A stretch of 32,630 nucleotides of DNA, from positions 36,423,156 to 36,455,785 of the forward strand of contig NC_068995.1 in assembly GCF_001194135.2 (NCBI RefSeq), written 5' to 3'. Origin of the DNA: Octopus bimaculoides. Lineage: Eukaryota. Both the position numbers and the translations under genes were made by a program. This document shows positions 10,749-22,283 of this stretch, one piece after another. The notes under the pieces are model-generated. The model was given only the letters and a program-made list of their open reading frames with translations. It ran no database searches and was not told where the DNA came from. Every line of letters starts with the position of its first letter. The stretch's first letter is position 1.

Positions 10749-11537
10749 TGCATTAATTTATATTTTATATACTATTTTGACAATGACTCTACTGGCAAAT
10801 CTACACTGAAACAATTGTAGAGTTATGTATGTTGCTCAATCCGTTTTCTATTATTCATACTTTTGTATAAACTTTACAGATATCACAGAATTAGAGATGT
10901 GTATCTTGTGAAATATCAATTTCGCTGTATGATAGCATTTGTTAGCTAAAACTTGTGGAGGAGCTTTGTAAAGTAAGCTACAAGTTTTATACCCATACTG
11001 AATTTAAATATGTGTACATATATTAACCAATGAGTTTTGTACAAGGGATCTAACAGAGTGTTAGATAACAGCCCAGTTATGCAACCCTGCACTCTTCAGT
11101 GACAGCAGTTATAGAATGAAATATGGTGACTGCTCTCTCTTTCATTCCATAATTGCCATCTCTGAAGAGCGCAGTGTTACATAATCAGGTTATCTAACGT
11201 TCCTCTGAACTCCAAGTGTGAAACTGATTGGTAAGATTGGCTGTAATGGATATATAATACTGTACACTTTGATTAATACACCCACTCTATTGACAAATAT
11301 ACAGGTGCATATTTTTTCTGACTCAGGGATTCTTGGATGGTACACATATATATATATCATCATCATCATCATCATAGTTTAACATCTGCCTACAAATAAA
11401 AGAAAGCAGTACTCAATACATTTAGTGGGAGCTACATTATATTTTTAATAACAGTTTGACTCAGTTCTAAATGACTTATGAAAAGTTTTGTGGGTACATA
11501 GGACAAACATCTCATCAGATTCATCCTACATGCCCTA

Positions 11538-11768
11538 TTTCTTTACTGCCCACAAGGAGCTACACACAGAGGGGACAAACAAGGACAGACAAACGGATTA
11601 AGGTGATTATATCAACCCCAGTGCGTAACTGGTACTTATTTAATCGACCCCGAAAGGATGAAAGGCAAAGTCGACCTCGGCGGAATTTGAACTCAGAACG
11701 TAGCGACAGATGAAATACCGCTAAGCATTTCGCCCGGCGTGCTAACGTTTCTGCCAGCTTACCGCCTT
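11538..11768 (-). mobile_element. SINE family A, young copy
   Basis: Highly similar to 15788-16021 and retains CpGs. Confidence 0.9.
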
Positions 11769-11794
11769 TTATCCTACATGCCCATGAAACTAAG

Positions 11795-12050
11795 TCATAT
11801 GGAGCTGAGTCAAACTGGCATGATTTCTATGGCTGAGTGCCCTTCTTAATGCCAACCACTTTAAAGAGTGTACTGGGTGCTTTGTACGTGGCACTAGTAA
11901 TAGTCAAGTCACCAAGTAATTCACAAGGCAAGACCCCTCAACTGAGGTGGGAAGTAGCAGTTGGGGGAGGTGGCTTTGTGCCTTAGTGATAAGAGGTTAA
12001 AGTATGATAGAGGGACAGGAACAGGTAACTGTGTATCTCTGTAGGGCAGA
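11795..12050 (-). mobile_element. Family D retroposon, degenerate
   Basis: TTTCTATGGCTGAGTGCCCTTCTTAATGCCAACCACT...GTGTACTGGGTGCTTT. Confidence 0.6.
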
Positions 12051-12101
12051 TACATAGTTACCCCAGTTAGAAGAGAAGAAGGATGGTGAAGATGTGCTAG
12101 G

Positions 12102-12136
<35 letters not shown>

Positions 12137-12414
12137 TCAATCACTCTTAGTCATGCCAAGTGAATATACTTCACTGAGGAGATTCTAAAATGTCAAAACA
12201 TGTCTGTTACTTTCACTTTCACCCCCAAAATTCCGGGCCTTGTGCTTAGAGTAGAAAAGAATACATATATAGTGTAAAAACACTCTGCATACTGTGATAG
12301 TCAATAAAATAGAAATAACATTTAAAATTTATTCCCTCTGTGCAGTCTGGTGGTTGGGGACTCCTGTTTTAGAATATAGGAAAGGCGACATTCGTACATA
12401 TTTATTTTTCTGTG

Positions 12415-12745
12415 ATACCTACACAAGTGTGCCCCTGCCACCAACTTTGTTTCCCTCAAAACTGTCAGAAAAATGGATAGTTTAAATGAAATTCTCTGCA
12501 AATATTTTTCCAATATGGTGCAGAATTTGATATGAAATTTATTTTCTAAAAGTAGGGAGAGGAGTTTCAGAAAATTCACAAAAATTCAGATTTGTTTCCT
12601 CATAGCTTGAAGTAAAATTCTGGATTCTTTTTAATGAGATCTTCTACAAATACCTTTCAGATGATGTATATTACAATCATATCAGAATTTAATGAAGAAA
12701 AACAATTGGTAGGCACAAACCCATTACACTATGATACACATCATA
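12415..12745 (+). repeat. Unclassified repeat family G, copy 1 (related copies 13372-13680 +, 14212-14395 -, 15227-15530 +, 16660-16830 -)
   Basis: Shared TACCTACACAAGTGTGCCCC, GGAGAGGA..GAAAATTCACA, TTTGTTTCCTCATA and TCTACAAATACCTTTCAGA motifs. Confidence 0.65.
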
Positions 12746-13684
12746 TATATCTACAAAACGAAACGTGAAAGCAAAGTATTAAGAAGTATTAGCAGCATAA
12801 GTTAATTAAACTAACTTTGCCAGAAATTGAAAACTGCTCTCGAAATCAGTTTGCAGGGATAGGATCAACTGAACATAGAGTAAGTATTATAAATGGGTTT
12901 ATTTATGATTATACAACACAACTACCGTTGTTTCAGTAAAGATAATGTTCCCTCACCCATGAGAATTAGTGACCATTTGCTTTGCTTAATCTATGACCCA
13001 TATTTCAAGCACCAACTAGCAACTTTCAGATTTTATTGCCAACACTTAAGGTTCCCTGCCCACTACCATATTAGTCATGGGAGAACTAGAGAGACATAAG
13101 TCTTTGATTGGGGAAAGATGGGACAGTCACGGCTGGAATTACATTTAATCGTAGGTCTGCCCAATTATGGCTAACCTGGGCAACTCAAAGTAGAAGCCAA
13201 CGAGGGCTAGGATCACTCAATCTGCAAGTAAATATAGCCAAATTTCCACATGAGACTATGTAGACCTTCATATATAAAAAGACACGATAGTCACGGTCAG
13301 AGATATGCGGTAGAATAGATCTGAAATATTACACACAGAACAAAGAGATACTGGTTTCGGTTAATATTTACTTTAACAAACAGCCACCGAAAAAAACAGG
13401 CAAAAAATAAAACAAGTGTAATAGGTGAAAAAAATGTGTATTAAACGAATATGAAAGCAAAAATTTGTGCCAATGAACGGAGGGTGGGAGTGAGGAAAGG
13501 ACTTTTGGAAAATTCACAAGATCCGATTTTTTCCCTCATAACTATTAGGAAAACGGGTATCTTTTGATGAAATTTTATATAAATACCTTTCAAACAGCAT
13601 AGATTACGATTATAAAAAAATCTGTCAGGAAAATGCTTTCTGAAGGGTGGAGAGAGGACTTTCGGAAAATTCACATGTGAACAT

Positions 13685-13920
13685 TGCTGTACTCTTTCAC
13701 CACAACTTTCTCTTACTCTTTCTTCCTGTTTCTGTTGTGCCTGTAATTCAAAGGGCCAGCCTTGTCACACTCTGTGTTACGCTGAATCTCTTCGAGAACT
13801 ACGTTAAGGGTACACGTGTCTGTGGAGTGCTCAGCCACTTGCACGTTAATTTCACGAGCAGGCTGCTCCATTGATTGGATCAACTGGAATACTCGTTGTC
13901 GTAACCGACGGAGTGCCAAC
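13685..13920 (-). mobile_element. Interspersed repeat, SINE-like, unclassified
   Basis: GC- and CpG-richer block (GTTGGCACTCCGTCGGTTACGAC...GGCTGGCCCTTTGAATTACAGG) recalled as an abundant octopus repeat; single copy in this window. Confidence 0.5.
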
Positions 13921-15681
13921 ATATATATGTGTGTATGTGTGTGTGTGTGTACATTATGCAACTGAAAGTCTTGCCGAAATTTTTGAAGTGTCTTTTTTTT
14001 TTCTTTCTACAAAATGAAACTTGAAAGGGCATTTAGAAAATATATGGGGTTGGGGGATGAGTCTTTCCTGATTTCCAAATAACTTTTTAAATACTTCGAA
14101 ATCAAAACTGGGTGCACCTGTACATTAAATAAGCAGCCTTTGAGTAGTCTATCCACATGCTAGAAATAACAGCCAAATCTCACACAACCTCTTTTCCGTT
14201 TTGCCATTAAAAGTTATCCATTTTCCTAAAAGTTATGAGGGAAAAAATCGGATCTTGTGAATTTTCCAAAAGTCCTCTCCCCACCTCCTGGTTCGTTGGT
14301 GCAAATTTTTGTTTTCATATTTGTTTAATACATATATTTTTTTTACACCTATTACATTTTTATTTTTGCTTTGTTTTGGTGGCCGGGTGTTAAAGTATAC
14401 ATTAACACTGGTTTCTAAAGTTCAACCAAGGCTACCAAATTTCGAATGTACAGACTATTATACCGACTGTAGTCAACTGATATCTCTTTTATAGACCCCG
14501 GAAGAATAAATGACAAGACAGGTTTGAACTCAGAATGTAAAGAGTCAAAACTATTTGCCACAAGGAAAACTGGATATTAATCAATATGTTTTATAAATCA
14601 TTTAAAATATAACGAATCCAGATAAATAATATTTTGCATTTATGATATTTCTTACGTTCTTACTCAGCAACATTTTTTGGAATGAGCTGTTATTATTATA
14701 TTAAATCAACCAGTATATGTTTGGGGCATTTACTTAATTTGCAGTGAAAAAGCTATCGGTGTATGTGTTCGCACTCTACTGGAGTGGCTCTTTTCTAGAT
14801 ATATCTACACACCATGCAGTTAGAGAAAGAAATAACTGAAATTAGTCATTATTCATTTTGCCCCAGTTAAGACAAAATTTTTTTGAAAAGTGAAAATTAT
14901 TAAATCAGACATAAGTGAAGGAAAATATTGACTTGGAATCCAACAGGGTAAAGAATATTGATTGCTAAACATGAAAAACTATCCAGATGTTTTATTAGCA
15001 ACCTCAATTACAATCGAGTCAAAGTTAAATTTCTTGGGGAAAAAAAAAGTACCTATCACCTATGTATCAAACCCTCTCAACTTGGCCAATTTTTACTCCC
15101 AAAGATGATGCAACGGTAAAAATGATGGTACAGTTCTTGTAATGTAATGGTTTCAGACAGGTAGGGAAAAATAACAAGAAATTAAAAATTACTAATTTCG
15201 TCTTGTCTTTATATATCTACAAGGCATACCTACACAAGTGTGCCCCACCGACTTTGTTTCCTCATAACCTTTAAAGAAATTGATCTCTTTTTAATGAATT
15301 TTTTTTTTTACTGATCATATTGGAATTTATTGTGAAATTTTTTTCCGACGGTGGGGAGAGGAAAATTCACAAGTCAGCTTTGTTTTCTCCTAGCTTGCAG
15401 AAAATTCGGCATTTTTAAATGGAATTTTTCTACAAATACCTTTCAGAAGGTGTAGATTACAATTATATTGGAAATTAATGTGGAAAACCCATTGGTGGGC
15501 GCGAACACATACATGATTATACACACACACACACAAAATGAAACTTGAAATTTTGAAAAACTTACGTGATGTATGTCAGTATGTATGTGTGGGCGTCCAC
15601 TAATTGCTTTTTCACATCAAATTCATATATAATTGTAATCTACACTATTTGAAAGGTATTTGTAGTAAATTTCATTTAAAA

Positions 15682-16616
15682 CAGGGGTTCTCAACTATTC
15701 TTATTTCTCTTTTTTCTTTCTCTCTTTTTTTTTTAATTTTAATTTTTTCAACTGTATTCTATGTTTTGTCAAATTTTCTAATTTAATAAGGCCGCGAGCT
15801 GGCAGAAACGTTAGCACGCCGAGCAAAATGATTAGCGGTATTTCGTCTGCCGTTACTTTCTGAGTTAAAATTCCGCCGAGGTCGACTTTGCCTTTCATCC
15901 TTTCGGGGTCGATAGATTAAGTACCAATTACGCACTGTGGTCGATGTAATCGACTTAACCCCTTTGTCTGTCCTTGTTTGTCCCCTCTATGTTTAGCCCC
16001 TTGTGGACAATAAAGAAATAAGAAACGTTAGCACGCTGGGTGAAATGCTTAGCGGTATTTCGTCTGTCTTTATGTTCTGAGTTCAAATTCCCCCGAGGTC
16101 GACTTTGCCTTTCATCCTTTCGGGGTCGACAAATTAAGTAACAGTTGCGTACTGGGTCGATCTAATCGATTGGCCCCCCCTCCCCCAAAATTTCGGGCCT
16201 TGTGCCTAGAGTAGAAAAGAATTTTCTAATTTAATTTTGTAAAACGGTAAATACTATTAATTAGTGTTAAAGAAAAAAATGCCTCATCTTTAGAAATGGA
16301 ACTTTTTCTTTTTTAATATTTACATAAAAAAAAAACAATTATCTATGAGCTCCTTTGATTACTATTTTATTTAGTGGACTGCCATAGCTATTCGATCTAA
16401 AAACTAGTTCTATAGAAATTCCTTTCAAAATCCCTATTTTGTTTTCCCCACATTCACAAGTGTAGGTTGAACTATGTAAAATATTTCTTGCAATACATGC
16501 CAATACATACGGCTAAAGCAAAATTTTTCAGGGCACTTAAAATGCTATCGTGGGTCCCCAATTTATTATTTTGTTGCGTAGACCCCCCACCCCCTCCCCA
16601 CGGTTGAGAACCGCTG
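15682..16616. mobile_element. Non-autonomous hAT (Charlie-like) element
   Basis: TIRs CAGGGGTTCTCAAC / GTTGAGAACCGCTG with an exact 8-bp TSD ATTTAAAA (15674-15681 and 16617-16624). Confidence 0.85.
15788..16219 (+). mobile_element. Dimeric SINE family A nested in the hAT element
   Basis: Two monomers (15788-16021, 16022-16219) flanked by one 16-bp TSD AATTTTCTAATTTAAT (15772-15787, 16220-16235). Confidence 0.85.
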
Positions 16617-17004
16617 ATTTAAAAATATCTAATTTTCTGCTAATTATGAGGTAATAAAGCCGACCCTTGTGAATTTTTCGAAACTCCTCTCTCTTCAACC
16701 CATGAAAGAAAAATTTCACAACTTCTAATATAAACAATCGGAATCTACACCGTCTGAAAGTATTTGTAGAAAATTTTCTTTGGGAAATATCCATTTTTCT
16801 AAAATTATTAGGAAATAAGTTATCGGTGGGACATACCTGCATATGTGCATATGTATGTCTGAGTACCTGTCTCTTTGTGCATGTTTTTATATGTAGCGAG
16901 AAGAATGACTGCATATGTAGGACAAACATGCACATTGTACGTGAATTAATTTTGTGTTCGATGACAGACTATAGCGATAGTCCAAAATAAATGTAGTGAC
17001 TTAC

Positions 17005-17042
17005 CCACAAGTGCATATGTTACAAATACATTTCAGAGCCAT
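17005..17042 (-). CDS. SAXO1: Coding exon 1 of a SAXO/FAM154-family ciliary microtubule-stabilising protein (MALKCICNICTC + GG of split Gly codon)
   Basis: Minus strand reads aaccATGGCTCTGAAATGTATTTGTAACATATGCACTTGTGG|GTAAGT: strong Kozak context and a perfect donor. The peptide matches the recalled SAXO1 N-terminus (MKTKCICELCSCG). The phase-2 end fits exon 2. SAXO1 versus SAXO2 orthology cannot be settled here. Confidence 0.9.
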
Positions 17043-17218
17043 GGTTAAATTCAAGCTTCAAATATTCTCAGTTCCCAAAATACAGAAATACGTATGAAAA
17101 TATCGAAATCAGCCCTGAGAAATAAGTTGTGCCACACACACACTAGTCTTCTTGAAAGATACAAAATTAACACCGAAGCTTGGAAATGGACGGGAATAAA
17201 CTGTAACACAACACAACT

Positions 17219-17356
17219 GTTGTCAGGGTAGCGGCGTCATTACGATGAAAACAACATTAACAAAACAAATAAACAACACTTGGAACCTGTTTATTATTGG
17301 TGAGACGTAACACCTTAGCAACAGTTGCCAGGAGCATTCGCAGAACTTCCGGACTA
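17219..17356 (-). promoter_or_regulatory. Putative SAXO promoter: RFX X-box sites, CCAAT box, ETS site
   Basis: GTTGTCAGGGTAGC 17219-17232 (X-box-like 14-mer); ATTGG 17296-17300; CCTTAGCAACAG 17313-17324 and GTTGCCAGG 17324-17332 (RFX half-sites on opposite strands); ACTTCCGG 17345-17352 (ETS); GGACTACA 17351-17358. Local CpG enrichment in unique sequence just upstream of the ATG. Confidence 0.6.
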
Positions 17357-18565
17357 CATTACTCCTTGCTTTAACCTGCATAAAATAGAAGTAACAACAA
17401 CAGCAACAACAAAGAAGGGGTCTTCTTGGGAGTTAATCGATCTGCTAGAAACAGCAGCCAAAACTCCGTCAAGTCATATTTTACTGTCTTAAGAAAGATG
17501 TATTCAATGGATAAAATAAACGGGGCTGGGTTAGGGTCAATTAATCCTTTATGCATGCCAACAATTTTCCTCCTTCCTCGACCCTTCATTGTCTAATAAA
17601 ACATTCAGATAAGTGTAGAATGTAAAGTAACATCAAAAAGCAGTTTTCTTACAGACCAAACCCCCCCCCTCCCAAGCCAAACCCACAACGATATTAAAGA
17701 TCAGTCTTTTTATTTGATTTTATCTTTTTAGTGCTATCCTGGTGATAAAGAATATAAACAAATTATTTACTCATTAAGAAGGTGATAGGGGGGAAAAATA
17801 GCTAATTTCCAACATTTTTTTTGTTGGTTTAAAAAGCGGAAAAAAAAACAGATTGTCATCATAAGAATTTATAAACTTTCAAGAGAATGTAAAATTATTT
17901 TATTTTTTGGGACAGTGAATCTCAAAGCCCATAAAGCTAGAAATAAAAAGAAAGCATATAAATAATGGGTTAAAAAAACCCTTTTGAATNNNNNNNNNNN
18001 NNNNNNNNNNNNNNNNNNNNNNNNNNNNNNNNNNNNNNNNNNNNNNNNNNNNNNNNNNNNNNNNNNNNNNNNNNNNNNNNNNNNNNNNNNNNNNNNNNNN
18101 NNNNNNNNNNNNNNNNNNNNNNNNNNNNNNNNNNNNNNNNNNNNNNNNNNNNNNNNNNNNNNNNNNNNNNNNNNNNNNNNNNNNNNNNNNNNNNNNNNNN
18201 NNNNNNNNNNNNNNNNNNNNNNNNNNNNNNNNNNNNNNNNNNNNNNNNNNNNNNNNNNNNNNNNNNNNNNNNNNNNNNNNNNNNNNNNNNNNNNNNNNNN
18301 NNNNNNNNNNNNNNNNNNNNNNNNNNNNNNNNNNNNNNNNNNNNNNNNNNNNNNNNNNNNNNNNNNNNNNNNNNNNNNNNNNNNNNNNNNNNNNNNNNNN
18401 NNNNNNNNNNNNNNNNNNNNNNNNNNNNNNNNNNNNNNNNNNNNNNNNNNNNNNNNNNNNNNNNNNNNNNNNNNNNNNNNNNNNNNNNNNNNNNNNNNNN
18501 NNNNNNNNNNNNNNNNNNNNNNNNNNNNNNNNNNNNNNNNNNNNNNNNNNNNNNNNNNNNNNNNN

Positions 18566-18752
18566 NTAAATGAAGTTAAACGCAGGTGTTATTCAAATTC
18601 TTTTACTTCCAACATATGTCGAAGACAACATTGATATTATTCCTATAAAAATATTGTTGAAATATTTTGTTTTGTCGAAGTTATAACCAATTTTATTGCA
18701 CATGAATTTTAACAGCAAAATCTTTTACAGACCCTGGTTGAGAACCACTGAT
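18566..18752. mobile_element. hAT-type element right end (left end in gap or not recognised)
   Basis: GGTTGAGAACCACTG terminus; a similar left-end-like ATGGTTCTCAATC lies near 28917. Confidence 0.45.
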
Positions 18753-19204
18753 CTAAACCCACTGTATGTTCAGGATGTTATGGGGATAATAATAATAATA
18801 ATGGAACACCCGTCCCATGTGACAAGTGGCATGTGCTAGTCATTACAAATATTGTGATATCAAGGAGTCAGTCATAGATAGTTATGTCTTACCTGTCTAA
18901 CTAACTATACTGCTATACCAAAGTGGGTGTTATAACAGTCCAACATTGGATTACAACACAGGGCAATGGCAAAAACTACAACAACACAACAGACTAAATA
19001 AAACAATTTTATTTTTCATACCTGGAAATATCAGTTTATCTTTATAAAGAAAAGAGACAGTCTCATTAGCTAAGAAATTATTTGTGAGAATGGCCATCAG
19101 TTGAAGATGAAGATTGTGTTCTCACACACTCACACACACATTTATATATATCACCACTACCACCACGACCACAACCACCACCACCACCACCATACCACCG
19201 TCGT

Positions 19205-19440
19205 CATCATCATTTAACATCCATGTTGCATGCTTGACATAAGTTGCACAGTTTGACAGGATCCAGTGAATCTGAGGACTGTATCATTTTCCAGTGTCTG
19301 CTCTGGCATGGTTTCTATGGCTGGATGCTCTTCCTAATGCCACTCACTTTACAGAGTGTACTGGGTGCTTTTTTTTTTTATCATGCTACCAGCACTACTG
19401 AGGTTACCATGCCACTTCCAGTACTACAAACTCCTGCATG
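19205..19440 (-). mobile_element. Family D retroposon, degenerate
   Basis: CATCATCATTTAACATCCATG...GTTTCTATGGCTGGATGCTCTTCCTAATGCCACTCAC. Confidence 0.65.
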
Positions 19441-19602
19441 AAGTAGGGGTCAATTTCATGTTAAGGGACAAGGGGTTAAAGTATGAGAGAAAGGGGAGGA
19501 TCAGAGCAGGTTCTTGTAGAGGGTGTGCATGACTAACTCACATTTAGCAGAAGGGGCAGAACAGTAATGAGAAATGACAAATAGAAGCTGCAAAGAGATA
19601 TA

Positions 19603-19762
19603 CAAGGGGATGCTGAAAAGTTCCTGGCTTTAAGGGTATCATGAAAGGCCTGGTTGGAGGCCCAACCTTCCAAGTTCTTTGACAGGGCTTAGAAAAACTG
19701 AAGGACTGCTGTAATATGTATTTTCTTTTACCCAATGCCAGGAACTTTCTGACAGCCCCTCA
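19603..19762 (+). mobile_element. Mariner-derived MITE
   Basis: TA|CAAGGGGATGCTGAAAAGTTCCTGGCTTT ... GCCAGGAACTTTCTGACAGCCCCTCA|TA; homologous to 6053-6268. Confidence 0.8.
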
Positions 19763-20009
19763 TATTCAAAGTGGTTTATATGGTCAGAAATGTAATTCTA
19801 AAGTGTTCATAGTGTCATAGTGAGGATCTGATGAAAGACTTTGCAATTAAAAGAAATGTACAAGAAAGATTTTTTAAATATAAAGTGGAAGTATACAAAT
19901 ATGAACATCATTTTCCATCTTACTGCTAGTTTTGTTTCATTAAAAAAAATTAAAATTTATTTTATAGCTTATTATTGTTTATATTTTGAATTACTTTATT
20001 ACATATATA

Positions 20010-21050
20010 TGGGCCAAGTGAGACCTAAATCTATGACCTCAGCCAGTCCACTTATGCGTACCTTCCTTCATTGGACACTAAACTCCACTTGCGAAGACCT
20101 GTTGTGGCAAGTGAAATCGAAATTGAGTTAAATTGGACACTAAACTCCACTTGCGAAGACCTGTTGAGGCAAGTGAAATCGAAATCGAGTTAAATTGGAC
20201 GCTAAACTCCACTTGCGAAGACCTGTTGAGGCAAGTGAAATTGAAATCGAGTTAAATTCGACGACTGGCACCCATGCCAACGCCGTCTCCTTCATTGGAC
20301 ACAAAACTCAGATTGCGAAGACTTATTGGGCCAAGCGAAATCGAAATCGTGATGGCACCTGTGCCCAGCGTAGCCTTTCTGGCACTTGTGCCCGCAGCAT
20401 GTGTAAGGACCTTCGAGTGAGATCATTGCCAGTGCCCCTGGACTGGCTCTTGTGCGGGTGGCACATAAAATACACCATTTTGAGCATGGCCATTGCCAGT
20501 ACCGCTTGACTGGCCTTCGTGCCGGTGGCATGTAAAAGCACCCACTACACTCTCTGAGTGGTTGACGTTAGGAAGGGCATCCAGCTGTAGAAACTCTGCC
20601 AATTGGAAATATGCTGTGCGTGAGAAGACCCGGTAAGCCAAGTGAGACCTAAATCTAAGGCCCAGCCAGTCCACTTATGCGTACCTTCCTTCCTTCATTG
20701 GACACTAAACTCCACTTGCGAAGACCTGTTGAGGCAAGTGAAATCGAAATCGAGTTAAATTTGACAACTGGCACCTATGCCAACGTCGTCTCCCTCATTG
20801 GACATGAAACTCAGCTTGCGAAGACTAATTTGGGGCAAGCGAAATCGAAATTTTCAGCGTGGCCGTTGCCAAAGCACCCACTACACTCTCTGAGTGGTTG
20901 GCGTTAGGAAGGGCATCCAGCTGTAGAAACTCTGCCAAATCAGATTGGAGCCTGGTGTAGCTATCTGGTTTCACCAGTCCTCAGTCAAATCGTCCAACCC
21001 ATGCTAGCATGGAAAGCGGACGTTAAACGACGATGATGATGATGACGATG
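20010..21050 (+). mobile_element. Two head-to-tail family D retroposons (about 20010-20600 and 20601-21050)
   Basis: Repeated CCAAGTGAGACCTAAATCT...CCAGTCCACTTATGCGTACC and GCACCCACTACACTCTCTGAGTGG blocks; (GAT)n tail at 21030-21050. Confidence 0.85.
20071..20258 (+). repeat. 3 x 62-bp tandem repeat inside the family D element
   Basis: TTGGACACTAAACTCCACTTGCGAAGACCTGTTG... starts at 20071, 20133 and 20195. Confidence 0.95.
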
Positions 21051-21177
21051 GGGACATAAAGATCTTGTAAGTGCTTAAGGCTTCTGTGGGTCTTAATCCG
21101 TGCCTGCTTCTACTGTTAGCACAAAACCCATCATTTTTGAATGGTTGGGTGTTAGCTGCTACCATTGACTCCCGATA

Positions 21178-21590
21178 TACTCTTTTACTCTTTTACTTGT
21201 TTCAGTCATTTGACTGTGGCCATGCTGGAGCACCGCCTTTAGTCGAGCAAATCGACCCCAGGACTTATTCTTTGGAAGTCTAGTACTTATTCTATCGGTC
21301 TATTTTGCCGAACCGCTAAGTTACGGGGACGTACACACAGCAGCATCAGTTGTCAAGCAATGTTGGGGGGGACAGACACAGACACACAAACATATACACA
21401 CACATACATATATATATACATATATACGACAGGCTTCTTTCAGTTTCCGTCTACCAAATCCACTCACAAGGCTTTGGTCGGCTCGAGGCTATAGTAGAAG
21501 ACACTTACCGAAGGTGCCACACAATGGGACTGAACCCAGAACCATGTGGTTGGTAAGCAAGCTACTTACCACACAGCCACTCCTATGCCT
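21178..21590 (-). mobile_element. tRNA-derived SINE family B (CORE-like motif, internal microsatellite)
   Basis: Head AGGCATAGGAGTGGCTGTGTGGTAAG..GGTTCTGGGTTCAGTCCC; homologous to 26098, 29040, 31030 and 32385. Confidence 0.85.
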
Positions 21591-21639
21591 CAACCACAAA
21601 AGGATGAAAAGCTTGAATTCTGAAAGAGCTGAAAGAAAT

Positions 21640-21855
21640 ATTGATTTCAAATTTTGGCACAATGCCAGCAAGTTCAGGAAAGGGGTAAGTTGATTACATC
21701 AACCCCAATGCTCAACTGGCACTCATCTTATCAACCATGAAAGGATGAAAGGCAAAGTCAACCTCAGTGGAATTTGAACTCACAATGTAAAGATGGACGA
21801 AATGCTGCTAAGCATTTTGCCTTGCGTGCTAATGATTCTGCCAGCTCACCACCTA
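21640..21855 (-). mobile_element. SINE family A
   Basis: GAAAGGATGAAAGGCAAAGTCAACCTCAGTGGAATTTGAACTC. Confidence 0.85.
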
Positions 21856-22229
21856 AATTGTTAGAAATATTGCAAGGTGTTTTATCTGATGTGCTAACAA
21901 TTCAGTCAGGTCATAGCTTCTTTTTTGTGGGGAGGGCGGAATAACAAATAAAAGAAAATATAACATTGATGGATTGTCATTTAAATAATTAATATGATTC
22001 CACCATGATATAACAAGCAGTCAATTATGAGAAACCAGTTAAAAAGTAACACTAGAGTCTTTCTAAACACACAAAGCCAAGTTAGACTAAATGTTCTATC
22101 AATTAACATCAGTTTCACTGTAATTATCTATGAAACATCTACTAATTATCTATATTATATGGATAAACAAGATGGATAAATAACAGGCTGCCAGACATGA
22201 GATTAGTTAATATTGAGATCAAAGATAAA

Positions 22230-22283
22230 CTCCTCCTCCTCCTCCTCCTACTACTACTACTACTACTGTCTCTGCTGCTGCTG
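22230..22283. repeat. Compound (CTC)n(CTA)n(CTG)n microsatellite
   Basis: Directly visible. Confidence 0.9.

Noticed and set aside
10880-10972. Plus-strand exon-like segment (tttacAG| ... AAA|GTAAGC)
   Set aside because: Stops in all three frames and no partner exons; at most a non-coding antisense exon with no support
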